Below the pieces are notes generated by a model. It did no database searches and was not told the DNA's origin. It was given only the letters and a program-made list of their open reading frames with translations. Of a stretch of 64,000 nucleotides of DNA, positions 9,779 to 19,696 are shown in pieces (the stretch's first letter is position 1; each line of letters begins with the position of its first letter). Source of the stretch: Phapecoctavirus 536P1; the sequence record OZ035728.1; one strand, given 5' to 3'. The position numbers were made by a program, and so were the translations under genes.

Positions 9779-10357
9779 CTACCGAGTCCACTCCTTACGT
9801 TGTTCAATATGTTCAAGCATATCGTTATACAATGTTTTAAGATGTGGAACAACTCTTTGATCTTCTGTTTCAAAAAACTTTGTAAGCTGTTCTGCTTTAG
9901 CTTTCAACCAACAAAGATGTGCTTGGAGTTCCGTATCGAAACGACCGAGTGTTATGATACGTCCTCCGATTTTAATATGGGCCTTATACTTCTTACGATC
10001 CTTCTCATAATTACATCCTACCATTTGACCTGACTTCTTTCTGTAGGCTAAAAACTTATTAAGATTTCCAGAAATCATTAAGCAAGTATCAGGGGAGTAG
10101 ACTCCCCCTCCCATAAGATCCTTATCGAGTTCCGAGTTTTCCCAGTCGTCCCAAGTTTCCAACCAAGAGTAGAAGTTGGAAAACAGCTTCCACTCTTCAC
10201 AAACCGTCACTCCATGATAAACGACATCTCTTGCCTGTTGGCAAGATGAATAACACCTTCCCAACATTGCCATCCATTTCATATAAGCAGGGTGCATAAC
10301 CCCTTCAGGAGATCTTGCAGTAATGCTCCCATCAAAAACACCGTGACCATAAACCAT
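9779..10357 (-). CDS. HNH-family homing endonuclease-like protein with AP2-like DNA-binding domain
   Basis: 192 aa; YMKWMAMLGRCYSS...YHGVTVCEEWKLFSNF pattern typical of phage HNH_3 endonucleases; C-terminal KAHIKIGGRIITLGRFDTELQA resembles AP2; lies directly downstream of DNA polymerase. Confidence 0.5.
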   Translation of the reverse strand: MVYGHGVFDGSITARSPEGVMHPAYMKWMAMLGRCYSSCQQARDVVYHGVTVCEEWKLFSNFYSWLETWDDWENSELDKDLMGGGVYSPDTCLMISGNLNKFLAYRKKSGQMVGCNYEKDRKKYKAHIKIGGRIITLGRFDTELQAHLCWLKAKAEQLTKFFETEDQRVVPHLKTLYNDMLEHIEQRKEWTR

Positions 10358-10386
10358 AAAAACTCCTTAATAAGTAATAGGTTAGA

Positions 10387-13300
10387 CTAATGGCAACTGG
10401 CCCAGGAATTCCCTACATCATATCCAGCAGTAAGCTGAACATTAAGATTGTAAAATTCTCCAGCCTTAGTAACAGCTAAGGCAGCAAGTTCACCTGCCCG
10501 ACTATAGGCTGTAAACCATCCACCTTTGGGAGATTCATGAATGTTAGCCCAAATTTGCCCTGTCTCTTTTTCCTTATTATGCTTCCATTCTTCGACTTTA
10601 GCAAGGCATTCTTTATCAATTTTCTTTTGTTCTTCAGGATCGTCTACTTTCTTCCAACCTAATGATTCAGGTGAAAACCATTTAAATTCTACAAGGTTAC
10701 GAGAAACTTCAAGCTGGGCTTCATCGTGATATGCAATCATTTGTTGCACGAAATCTTTATTCTTCCAGTCATCTTTAAAGAAGTCAACACTTAGTCCTTC
10801 TTCTTCGATCATGTCGTCATAAATAACCATTGCACGTTTAGCACAGATAACCCCACCACTTTGGAACAGAGAGTTAAGAATCGCGTGAGCAGAACGAGTA
10901 GGAACCTTACGACCGTCAATACCCAAAACATATTGTTTACCAGTCTTAACCCAAAAGTCGTTTAAACGTTCTTTAAGACGCGCCAATGGGAATGCAGCTT
11001 CCCAGAAAGCATCAAACACCAATTGACCTGTAAACTTATCGCTACCAATTGTTTTAGCAACCTTGTCGGCTTGTGCACCATAGGTAATACCATACTTAAC
11101 AGATTTAGCAGGACTACGTTCAAATTTACGTCCAATAGTTTCAGTGATACGTTTTGCCATCATTGTGTGAACATCGTTAGGTTTCTCTAACAACAGAGCG
11201 TTACAATACTCGTGTGGCTCCGGCTCGTACCGCCAACAGTTTCCTGTGATGGTAATGCAGTCTTTCTGACGCATGACCCACGTACCAAGTTCTGTTTGTG
11301 GACACCAAACATCCTCTACACCCCACTCTTCAATAGTCAAACTTTGAACAGGAATGTGAGAGCGGTTAGTCAATGTTGCCACTTTTACTTTCTGCTCTTT
11401 TGTATTGAAAGCTACAGAGATATTGCCTCCATGCACCAGGTACGAGGCAGTTAAAGCTGCTTCAAAAAGTTCACCTGGGTTCTGCGCCCAACGCCAAACA
11501 GGTTTTTGTTTATGTTCATGCCAGTAACCATCTGCAATCAAGAAACCTTCCAAGAAAGCTACACGCTCGGCATGAGACATATTAACTACACGCTCTACCC
11601 ACGGAACATCCCATTTACCTTGTTGAACAGAAGTTAAACTATTTACCTGATCTTGTTCCATGTTAAATGGAGCATTACAAATAATATTATCTCCTGTGCA
11701 AAGCTCGGCAGTTGTTCTGACTTTAGGCACATAAGTATTCCCTTTACTACGGGTATTAACATACCAACGGTGATCTGCTGTTGCACGGTAAGTGTGTGAT
11801 TTCCCTTTAATCTCAAACGTCTTACTATTTTTATAGAAGACCTTACCTTTTACTTTAGTCCATTCTTTCATACCTGTTTCAGCATTGTACCCTAAAATCT
11901 CATCCCCTTCCTTCAGGTCGTGATATCCTACCCAACCTTTACGAGTCAAAGCTTGAGCATCCATCGGCACACAGTAATGCGACTCAATCTTTGCTTCCAA
12001 AGAGTCGAAGTCATAACCGATCTGGAAGTATTTAGGAACTTCTACACCAAACAAGTTACGCATCTCCCATCCAAACAAAGATGTGACACGAGGAATATTA
12101 GCTACAGATCTATGCTTCATACGAGAGGTTGCAGCATCACATGTAGCGGCTGGGGTAGGAATACGCCCATCAGCCCTTACTGCGGCTAAGAAACCTTTAT
12201 CGTATTCTTGATCTTCTTCATCTTCTTCCCAATCAGCACCGCCACCTAAAATAGAGTTCCTACGATGCTTATACGTTAAGTATTCTACAATCTGTGTAGC
12301 ATAAGGAAACTTCTCACCCAAAGCTTGCAGGTTAGGACAAATTTCTTTTTCCTGACCTTTGGTAAAACACGGGTTAGTCAATACTTTAAGACCGCGACCT
12401 TTACCTTTTGCTATACGCTCTTGAATCTTCCTTTCCAAGGTTTCCGGTGTGCACTCCAGATGATCACAACGATCCTGACAAAAATTAGAAGATAGAGTTT
12501 GCTCAACGTAAGCTCGAATACCTTTCTGAAGTTCTTCCTCGCTCTTTTTAATTTTGGTGCCAGATTTAAGCGTCAAGTCTTTATCTTTATATTCAGACGG
12601 TACCCAACCTAATCCTACAAGCCAGTTTTTAATATGGGTTGTATCGTTCAATGTTGCAGGGATATTAGGATCACATAGAGGCTCATCTGCTGCAACTGGC
12701 AGTTTCCACTCTTTCCCCAACATAACTAACCACCAATCGCCATCCCTCTCTTCCAAATGACCATCATGTTTCTTAGCAAAATTGATCATATGGTTAGTTG
12801 GCTCTAAGTTCTTTTTAATTTGCAACTTAGGTGGAATAAAAGCTTTAAGATAACCTTTTGTTGCTGGTTTAGGTGGCAAAATAGGCTCAACGAGTAAACG
12901 AAGACGCTCCATTTCTGCATCCAAAAAAGCAAGGTTCTCTTCTGCTTGTTTCATGTTAAAAGCAAACCCACGGTGTTCCTGGCGTGTAATAATGTCTGCT
13001 ACACGTTGTTCAAGTTCAAATGGACCTTCCCATTTATCATAATCACCCCATTCTTCCATAAGGTAATTATATACGCTCGTATTGGCTTTGTTGTCATAGA
13101 TACAGTAATAAAGCATATCCGCAGCAAAAGTCTTAAATCGATCTTCTTCTGGAATCTCTTTACGGAAATCTATTTTTACATCACCACCTGCTTTTCGAGA
13201 AAGTGCTGCCAAGCTATGTCCTGATTTGCCCTCAATCTTTCGATCTGGGTTTAACACTTTACTCAAAATCAAGGAGTCAATAAGTTTTACCTTATTTTTG

Positions 13301-13719
13301 CCCCACGTATTATATTTAACACTGTAATCTAATCCATAAAACAGTTTTGTAGCCAACCAGTCGTAGTTGATACCGTTGTGAGCCACAGCCATTTCAACCA
13401 GATATTCAGGCTTGTCTTTAAAATAACCTTCATGATTAATAAAATCTGGGAAATCTTTTAGTTGAAAATGTGTGTAATCTTGCGCCACATACTCTTTAAG
13501 AACATATGTGTATTTACCATCTGACTCTTCATAAGGACGCCCATCAAAGATGTATTTAGGGCCATCGTGGAAAGCTACTATTTCTCCTGTTTCATGGTTC
13601 TCTAAGACAATACAGTGCATTTGAAATGTGTCTTTGAGACGATAAGGACTAGCTAAATAATCAATAGTGTCATTATTCAACAATCCGTTTGCTTCAATAT
13701 CCCATGTAAACTTACTCAC
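10387..13719 (-). CDS. DNA polymerase, family A, with 3'-5' exonuclease domain, interrupted by an in-frame intein
   Basis: 1110 aa; exo motif WDIEANGL; pol motif A DFDSLEAKIESHY, motif B RSPAKSVKYGITYG, motif C YHDEAQLEV; GTG start with SD AGGAGG. Confidence 0.85.
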   Translation of the reverse strand: MSKFTWDIEANGLLNNDTIDYLASPYRLKDTFQMHCIVLENHETGEIVAFHDGPKYIFDGRPYEESDGKYTYVLKEYVAQDYTHFQLKDFPDFINHEGYFKDKPEYLVEMAVAHNGINYDWLATKLFYGLDYSVKYNTWGKNKVKLIDSLILSKVLNPDRKIEGKSGHSLAALSRKAGGDVKIDFRKEIPEEDRFKTFAADMLYYCIYDNKANTSVYNYLMEEWGDYDKWEGPFELEQRVADIITRQEHRGFAFNMKQAEENLAFLDAEMERLRLLVEPILPPKPATKGYLKAFIPPKLQIKKNLEPTNHMINFAKKHDGHLEERDGDWWLVMLGKEWKLPVAADEPLCDPNIPATLNDTTHIKNWLVGLGWVPSEYKDKDLTLKSGTKIKKSEEELQKGIRAYVEQTLSSNFCQDRCDHLECTPETLERKIQERIAKGKGRGLKVLTNPCFTKGQEKEICPNLQALGEKFPYATQIVEYLTYKHRRNSILGGGADWEEDEEDQEYDKGFLAAVRADGRIPTPAATCDAATSRMKHRSVANIPRVTSLFGWEMRNLFGVEVPKYFQIGYDFDSLEAKIESHYCVPMDAQALTRKGWVGYHDLKEGDEILGYNAETGMKEWTKVKGKVFYKNSKTFEIKGKSHTYRATADHRWYVNTRSKGNTYVPKVRTTAELCTGDNIICNAPFNMEQDQVNSLTSVQQGKWDVPWVERVVNMSHAERVAFLEGFLIADGYWHEHKQKPVWRWAQNPGELFEAALTASYLVHGGNISVAFNTKEQKVKVATLTNRSHIPVQSLTIEEWGVEDVWCPQTELGTWVMRQKDCITITGNCWRYEPEPHEYCNALLLEKPNDVHTMMAKRITETIGRKFERSPAKSVKYGITYGAQADKVAKTIGSDKFTGQLVFDAFWEAAFPLARLKERLNDFWVKTGKQYVLGIDGRKVPTRSAHAILNSLFQSGGVICAKRAMVIYDDMIEEEGLSVDFFKDDWKNKDFVQQMIAYHDEAQLEVSRNLVEFKWFSPESLGWKKVDDPEEQKKIDKECLAKVEEWKHNKEKETGQIWANIHESPKGGWFTAYSRAGELAALAVTKAGEFYNLNVQLTAGYDVGNSWASCH
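11239..11973 (-). mobile_element. intein with degenerate LAGLIDADG homing-endonuclease block inside DNA polymerase (residues about 583-827)
   Basis: 245-aa insertion directly after pol motif A; begins with Cys, ends ...ITITGN followed by Cys; internal block ERVAFLEGFLIADGY resembles LAGLIDADG; extein without insert about 865 aa. Confidence 0.6.
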
Positions 13720-14513
13720 TATTCCTCCTTTCTAATGTTCTCCAGAACCCACTGAAGTTCTTTTAAACTTAAACTTCTTACTCCCGCAGTTTTACTAGCT
13801 TCAGCTTTAAGTAACGGGTAAGCCTCAATGATACGCGTTTTAAGATCAGAAGTCAAGGCTTTTAAAAAATAGGTGGATGCTTCAGATAAAGAATCTTCTT
13901 CTGATAACACTTTACCTGCACTTGCTCCCGCTCTCCTAACGGCTATATCGTAGTCTTTACTGTTACCTAATACGAATAGTCGATTCTCTCCTAAAACAAC
14001 GGGAGAACGCTTCTCATTGCGTTTAATCCATATCTGGAATACACAAGGAACATCCCAAGGTTCTCCATGAAGAATAAAAGATCCTTTTGGACATTCTTCT
14101 TCGTAAAGAAGATGCATGTGGGGATTTAGTTTGTGTGCAAAAAAGATTTTTTGAAATGTGCGAGGCAAGATAAAACAAATACCACCTTCGTTATCCAACA
14201 TTTCAGCACAATGGTTAAAGAACTTAATGGCAAGACTAGCATTTTTTCCAAATGGAGGATTACCGACAAAAGCAGTTACACTACCAACAGACTCAACAGA
14301 TTGAGCTAAAAAATCTGCCTCAATACAATCTTCAAACTTAGGGTCAATATCAAAAGAAGTTATGTTTTTAAAACAAGAAGAGAAAGCTCCTTCTCCCGCA
14401 GATGGTTCTACGTAGTTAGCTTCCTCTCCAAAAATTTCTTTGATCTTATCACATAAGAACCCCGCATAAGCGGGGTTAGTGTAATATTGATCAAGTGTGT
14501 TCAACTTGCTCAA
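13719..14513 (-). CDS. DNA N6-adenine (or N4-cytosine) methyltransferase
   Basis: 264 aa; AdoMet motif EPSAGEGAF and catalytic VGNPPFG; TTG start with SD AAGGAGG. Confidence 0.7.
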   Translation of the reverse strand: MSKLNTLDQYYTNPAYAGFLCDKIKEIFGEEANYVEPSAGEGAFSSCFKNITSFDIDPKFEDCIEADFLAQSVESVGSVTAFVGNPPFGKNASLAIKFFNHCAEMLDNEGGICFILPRTFQKIFFAHKLNPHMHLLYEEECPKGSFILHGEPWDVPCVFQIWIKRNEKRSPVVLGENRLFVLGNSKDYDIAVRRAGASAGKVLSEEDSLSEASTYFLKALTSDLKTRIIEAYPLLKAEASKTAGVRSLSLKELQWVLENIRKEE

Positions 14514-14522
14514 TAGTCCTCC

Positions 14523-14954
14523 TTAGTTGTTAGCGAACTCAATAGTGAGGTCAACTTTACCATCATCAGAAATAACCATGTTTTTAGTATTTTTAAAGAT
14601 GATATCTACTTTACCTTCACTTACACGACAGAAGGCAACACCATCTGCAACTTTATCGATATAATATTTGTAAGAAAGAATACCCACTTTACTACGACCA
14701 GCACCTTTTGTGAAAGAAGGGCTTACATCGAAACGGAAACCTTTAGAAGAAACAACACGGTAAGAACGTCCAGTTGGGATATGTTCAATAACAGAAACAT
14801 TGTTCTCAACAACTTTTACAGCAAACTCTTCAGGATGATCCTCAACAATCATATGTGGGATGGCAAATGCCAACGCTTGTTTGTGTTTAATAACACCAGC
14901 ACCCAGAGCACCAGCAGCTTTAACTTTTGCATTCAGATCGATTGTCATACGCAT
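14523..14954 (-). CDS. hypothetical protein
   Basis: 143 aa; SD GAGGAG; first gene after terminator that ends primase gene. Confidence 0.55.
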   Translation of the reverse strand: MRMTIDLNAKVKAAGALGAGVIKHKQALAFAIPHMIVEDHPEEFAVKVVENNVSVIEHIPTGRSYRVVSSKGFRFDVSPSFTKGAGRSKVGILSYKYYIDKVADGVAFCRVSEGKVDIIFKNTKNMVISDDGKVDLTIEFANN

Positions 14955-15021
14955 TTTTACTTCTCCTCTTGTTTGGTTGATGAGACAAGTATAAGTCCCT
15001 TCCGCAAAGTTGTCAACAGGT

Positions 15022-15048
15022 ATTTTTAATAAAAGGGCCGAAGCCCTT
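15022..15048 (-). terminator. intrinsic terminator after primase-helicase
   Basis: minus-strand reads stop codon then GGGCTTCGGCCC hairpin followed by TTTTATTAAAAATA. Confidence 0.7.
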
Positions 15049-16825
15049 AATAGTTGCTATCCGTAGGCAAATTAGCAGGATTGTTGAAATACTGCTCTTT
15101 GTCATGCAGAGTTGCAGTTCTAATATCATAGTAAAACTGCCCTGCTGGACCAGTTTCCGAGAACTCACGGTTTTTTAGGATAAAGCAATGAGTCGTATTG
15201 CGTTCTACAGGGTCTTCAGCGGCTTTATCTCGTTCCAAAGCCAAGGTAATACCAGCACCTTTAGCCAAGAAACTACTACCCATTGCATCGTCCTCTGTTA
15301 AGTGTTCATTGCCACCATTAGCCGATTTCTTAACGTGTGAGATGACGATAATAGTTATAGCATACTCTTTCATAATGCGCTTCAACCATGTTGCTAACTC
15401 TTCTTGGGCTTGAACATCCATACCAGAAAGCAAATCAGAATAAGGGTCGATAACAAGAATTGTTACTCCAAAATAGATGATCATTTCCAAAACTTTTTCT
15501 TTAATAGACTCCACATCTGCTCCACGATCATCACATACATAAAAACGTGGTGATCCATCTTCTCTTTCGTAAAAATCTAGGATTTTTTCTTTATTCTCTT
15601 CCAAGATTTGAAATTTCTCTTCCGGTGTTTTCCTGTGTAGAGGAATATGCAGGAACGAGGACAACAGGTTACGAGAATATTTCTTATAAGTTGCTTCCAA
15701 GGACAGGATACCTAGGGTATGTTCTGGGTGCGCAACAATAATATGTTTGGTGATCTCGTTCACCATCAAAGTTTTACCGATACTGGTCTTTGCCAGGATG
15801 ACTGTAATCTCTTCCTCTACTAAACCACCACCCAGCATGTTTGCAGCTACACGCATAAAAGGAGGCAAGGTAATCATCTTGGATTCCAAGCATTCTAATG
15901 CAGCTTCATACAAGACATTAGAAGCATAAACACCTGCTGGGGTGTATAGACGAGCACTCCAAAAAGCTTTTACGAAATCTTTTGCACGACCTTCTTCCAG
16001 ATATTGATTGGCATCCTTAAGATCCATCTGCATACGGTAGACTTTGTTACGAGGCAGCACCTTAACAATATTTTCAAATGCCTCATTACCTGCTTTATCA
16101 TTATCCATGCAAACAATAATCTTCTTAAATTTTTCAAAGAAAGGATATTGTGCCTGAACTTGTTTATACATACTGGTTTCACCAGTTGTGCCACTAACTA
16201 CTGCTGGAAGTTCATATTTGTTGTCCAAGTTTTCAGACAGCATTTGATAAGCTGCCAGAGCATCGTGTTCACCACCTGTAATTACCACAGTATGAGAACG
16301 GTCTGCAAAACGAATTTGTCCAAAAAGATCTACATCTTTACCTACTTGACCAATAGGTTTACTGAAATCTTTAGGATGAATACGACGCTTAAAACCAACC
16401 AATTCTTTACCGATAGTAGTTGGATATAAACAACTTTCTACTACCATCTGATCCCCTTCCTGACGGTATTCATAACGAACACCATAGAAAGATGAAACTT
16501 TTTCTTTAATGCCTCGATAACCACGTGGGTTGGTTGATGTTTCTTGAACAATTTTACGATGAATCTGTTTATTAAATTCCGAACCCACAATCTCCTCCTC
16601 TTCTTCTAAAACTTCACCATTTTCTCGTAACCATTCTACACTAGGAATAGTATATTCACACGCAAAGCACTTAGCACCTTTATGCTCTCCATTAGAATCT
16701 AATCCATAAACCATCAGGTTATTACGAGAGCGATCCTTGCCATTTTTCATGCAGCGCGGACAACCTGTATGTCCTTCCTTGCTAAGATCAACATCAAATC
16801 CATATTTAGTTATAATGTGCGACAC
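15047..16825 (-). CDS. T7 gp4-like primase-helicase
   Basis: 592 aa; N-terminal Zn-finger (CPRC...CFAC), TOPRIM motif IIVCMDNDKAGNEA, helicase Walker A AKTSIGKT; GTG start with SD AGGAG. Confidence 0.85.
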   Translation of the reverse strand: MSHIITKYGFDVDLSKEGHTGCPRCMKNGKDRSRNNLMVYGLDSNGEHKGAKCFACEYTIPSVEWLRENGEVLEEEEEIVGSEFNKQIHRKIVQETSTNPRGYRGIKEKVSSFYGVRYEYRQEGDQMVVESCLYPTTIGKELVGFKRRIHPKDFSKPIGQVGKDVDLFGQIRFADRSHTVVITGGEHDALAAYQMLSENLDNKYELPAVVSGTTGETSMYKQVQAQYPFFEKFKKIIVCMDNDKAGNEAFENIVKVLPRNKVYRMQMDLKDANQYLEEGRAKDFVKAFWSARLYTPAGVYASNVLYEAALECLESKMITLPPFMRVAANMLGGGLVEEEITVILAKTSIGKTLMVNEITKHIIVAHPEHTLGILSLEATYKKYSRNLLSSFLHIPLHRKTPEEKFQILEENKEKILDFYEREDGSPRFYVCDDRGADVESIKEKVLEMIIYFGVTILVIDPYSDLLSGMDVQAQEELATWLKRIMKEYAITIIVISHVKKSANGGNEHLTEDDAMGSSFLAKGAGITLALERDKAAEDPVERNTTHCFILKNREFSETGPAGQFYYDIRTATLHDKEQYFNNPANLPTDSNY

Positions 16826-16837
16826 TTTGTTCTCCTG

Positions 16838-17116
16838 TTAAAATGGTTCGTTAGTCTCCATCATATATTCTGCTTCTAGTTCTTCCATGTGCTTTCTAAA
16901 TTGGAAAGCAATTTCTGCTACAGTTACATTTAAATCTTTTTCAAAAACTTCTGTAGATCCTTCATAAAAACGAATACCGTCAATTAAAAGCCCTCCGTGG
17001 TAATCCCAATCGCTTTCACGAGAAAGTGGATTAGGTTCTTCATAATAGTAATCCACCTCCACGACCAAGGCTTTCCCGTTACGAGTGGTGTATTCAAAAT
17101 CAAAAGTGTTAATCAT
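16838..17116 (-). CDS. hypothetical protein
   Basis: 92 aa; SD GAGGAG; stop overlaps next start. Confidence 0.55.
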   Translation of the reverse strand: MINTFDFEYTTRNGKALVVEVDYYYEEPNPLSRESDWDYHGGLLIDGIRFYEGSTEVFEKDLNVTVAEIAFQFRKHMEELEAEYMMETNEPF

Positions 17117-18060
17117 TATAGCTCCTCAAATAAAAGTCTACGACGCTCATTCAACACATCAATGTGATAATGAGTCCTGACATACTTAGCTAATGCTAAT
17201 CCTTTCTCCATGCAAACATCGGGAGCACTTAATAAGTATTCCGTAATATCTTTCCACTCGGAAGGTGTTTCAGCAAAGAATAACAAATCTTTAAACTCTT
17301 GTGTATGATAATTCTCACGAGGAGAGCAGATTAAAGGTAAACCCTTAGCACCTGCCTCAAGAATTTTAAGATTGCTTTTTGCATTATTAAACACGTTATC
17401 GATCAATGGTGCAAGACTGATTTGATGACCATCGTAAGATTCCATGTAGTTGGCATATGGTCTTACACCTTCATAAACACAAGTTGGTGCTACATTTTCT
17501 CTGATTAAAGACCATTCACGACTACTTAAAACTTCAGAATCCCTACGAAAACCACATATTGTAAGATCTTTACCAAAATCGGGTAAGATAGCCAAATCTT
17601 GTTTATGTGTTTCACTTCCAGCCCAGACTAATGGAGTTTTGGAGTAGCGATCACGGGTCAACACAAATTGACCTTCATCGTAAGGAAGTCCATTAGGGAT
17701 TATGTGCACATTATCATTGTATTGTGAAAGTTCAACTTGCAAGGCAGGTGTCGTAGTTGTAACAAGATCACTGTGCTCTAAAAACCATTTTAAATGTTCA
17801 CGAATACCTGATTCAAAAATACCTTCTAACATGTGTCCTTTTGGAATAACTAAAGAGTCATCCAAATCCATAACCATTTTAAAGCCTAGGTTTTTAAGGG
17901 CTAAAAAGCCCTCTTTACCTTTTGTTGGCACTCCGTTAAAAACGAAAACGTTGTGTTTAGGTTGTGAAGAGAACTGCCTTGAGTAAGGCAGCACTACCCT
18001 ATGGAAATCGCAGACACTATAATTGATTCCGTTACGATTGTCAAGAATTATTTGTCCCAT
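17116..18060 (-). CDS. glycosyltransferase-like protein (GT-B-type C-terminal motif), paralogue of 18068..19015
   Basis: 314 aa; conserved KSNLKILEAGAKGLPLICS and VWAG blocks shared with neighbouring paralogue. Confidence 0.5.
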   Translation of the reverse strand: MGQIILDNRNGINYSVCDFHRVVLPYSRQFSSQPKHNVFVFNGVPTKGKEGFLALKNLGFKMVMDLDDSLVIPKGHMLEGIFESGIREHLKWFLEHSDLVTTTTPALQVELSQYNDNVHIIPNGLPYDEGQFVLTRDRYSKTPLVWAGSETHKQDLAILPDFGKDLTICGFRRDSEVLSSREWSLIRENVAPTCVYEGVRPYANYMESYDGHQISLAPLIDNVFNNAKSNLKILEAGAKGLPLICSPRENYHTQEFKDLLFFAETPSEWKDITEYLLSAPDVCMEKGLALAKYVRTHYHIDVLNERRRLLFEEL

Positions 18061-18067
18061 ACTTCAC

Positions 18068-19015
18068 CTACAAACTTTCAATAACCTGGCGTCGCAATTC
18101 GTTTGCATCTGCCAGATTATAATGTGTTCGAACATGTTCCGCTAAGAACAAGCCGCGATCTTCCCGATAGTTCGGATTGCGAAGAAGCTTAACAATTTCG
18201 TAATGCCATTCTGCTTTATTCTCTGCATAAGCAACAGCGCGAGCATCTACAGGGTTAAAATAAGGTAATACCTTAGAACAAACAATCGGAATACCTTTTG
18301 CCCCAGCTTCAAGGATTTTGAGATTACTTTTACAATTATTAAAATCATTATCTACCAAAGGAGCTATAGCAATAGCATGACTTTCGTAAACACTCATGTA
18401 ATTATCTAAATCTTTTACAGCAGCTTTATATTTGGCGTTTGGTAAATTTCTACGGATCTTAATCCACTCTTGACCTGTGATACTCTGCGATGCTTCATAT
18501 CCTGCAATAGTAAGAAGTTCATCATCGAAAGTATTAGAGACTAGTCGTAAATCGGGTTCGTGACTAGCACCGCCAGCCCATACAACAGGGGTACCGGATG
18601 AACGATCATTTGACAAAGTGAATTGTCCGCTATCAAAAGGAAGTGCATTTCGGATCACAACAACATTTCTATTTAAATGACGGATTTTATATGCCAAATA
18701 TTCCGTAGTCACAATGACCACATCAGCAAGCTTAACCATAGCCACAATAGCGTGAGTGTTTGACTCATATAAACTTGCTAAATAATGTTCTGGATTAAGT
18801 TGGTAGAAATCATCTAAATCTACAACAATCTTAACACCTTGACGTTTCAGGGACAGAACATATTCTGCACCTTTAGAATGAATACGGTTAAACACGACAA
18901 CATCTTTCTTAGGCTGAAAATTATTGTTGTTAAATGGCATAACAATACGATGATAATCACAACCACTGTGAGGTTTTGCATCAATTTTCAGTTTAGTCCA
19001 TTTTTTATTTGACAT
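18068..19015 (-). CDS. glycosyltransferase-like protein, paralogue of 17116..18060
   Basis: start placed at internal ATG with SD GAGGAGG (track ORF extends to 19054); shares CDYHRIV, VWAG, KSNLKILEAGAKGIPIVCS, HVRTHY blocks with paralogue. Confidence 0.5.
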   Translation of the reverse strand: MSNKKWTKLKIDAKPHSGCDYHRIVMPFNNNNFQPKKDVVVFNRIHSKGAEYVLSLKRQGVKIVVDLDDFYQLNPEHYLASLYESNTHAIVAMVKLADVVIVTTEYLAYKIRHLNRNVVVIRNALPFDSGQFTLSNDRSSGTPVVWAGGASHEPDLRLVSNTFDDELLTIAGYEASQSITGQEWIKIRRNLPNAKYKAAVKDLDNYMSVYESHAIAIAPLVDNDFNNCKSNLKILEAGAKGIPIVCSKVLPYFNPVDARAVAYAENKAEWHYEIVKLLRNPNYREDRGLFLAEHVRTHYNLADANELRRQVIESL

Positions 19016-19688
19016 GTGCCAGTGCCTCCTCATAAGAAATTCGGATTTTCCCATTTTTAATATCTTCTAAAGACGCTTTATATTCTTCCCAGTTAATGCC
19101 AATAGCAGCTTCTTTCTCTTCTTTTGTCAGATTAGCAAAAGGCATAGGATTGTTTCCAAAAACATCGTCTGGGTGGATATAAGCCATGATACGAAGTGGA
19201 CAAGGTATTGCCTGAATACCCTGATTCAAACCAGCAGCTTTCAAACGGTGTACCCATTCAGCATCTTCAAAACCATAGCCGTGAGTGTAAGGGCGGAAAT
19301 AACCCATCTTCTCAACAACGGCACGAGAATACATTGCAAATTGACACATTGCAAGTTCCCAGAGAATAACTTCTCCTTTACTCCCAACAACTTTATCTTT
19401 GAAATACTCCGGCATACCAAAGAAATCCCATCCTCCAGAGACAGCTTGATCTACAAAATATGTTTCCCATCCCTCCATGATTGGGTAGCAATCGTCGTCA
19501 AAAATAAACCAATAATCATAACCTTCTTCATAAAACTGGTGCATAAGTTCATTCCTGGCGTAAGCTACACCTTTACGATCTGGATCGTTGAATACTCGAA
19601 AATCTGCACGTGGATCTGTTACAAGGTAATCTTTAAGTGGACGGACACCTACAGTGATAACACCAACTCCGATTTTAATATTTTCCAT
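19005..19688 (-). CDS. glycosyltransferase (GT-A-like, DxD-type)
   Basis: 227 aa; acidic DDD in WFIFDDDCYP; SD AGGAGAG. Confidence 0.45.
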   Translation of the reverse strand: MENIKIGVGVITVGVRPLKDYLVTDPRADFRVFNDPDRKGVAYARNELMHQFYEEGYDYWFIFDDDCYPIMEGWETYFVDQAVSGGWDFFGMPEYFKDKVVGSKGEVILWELAMCQFAMYSRAVVEKMGYFRPYTHGYGFEDAEWVHRLKAAGLNQGIQAIPCPLRIMAYIHPDDVFGNNPMPFANLTKEEKEAAIGINWEEYKASLEDIKNGKIRISYEEALAHVK

Positions 19689-19696
19689 TTTCTCTC

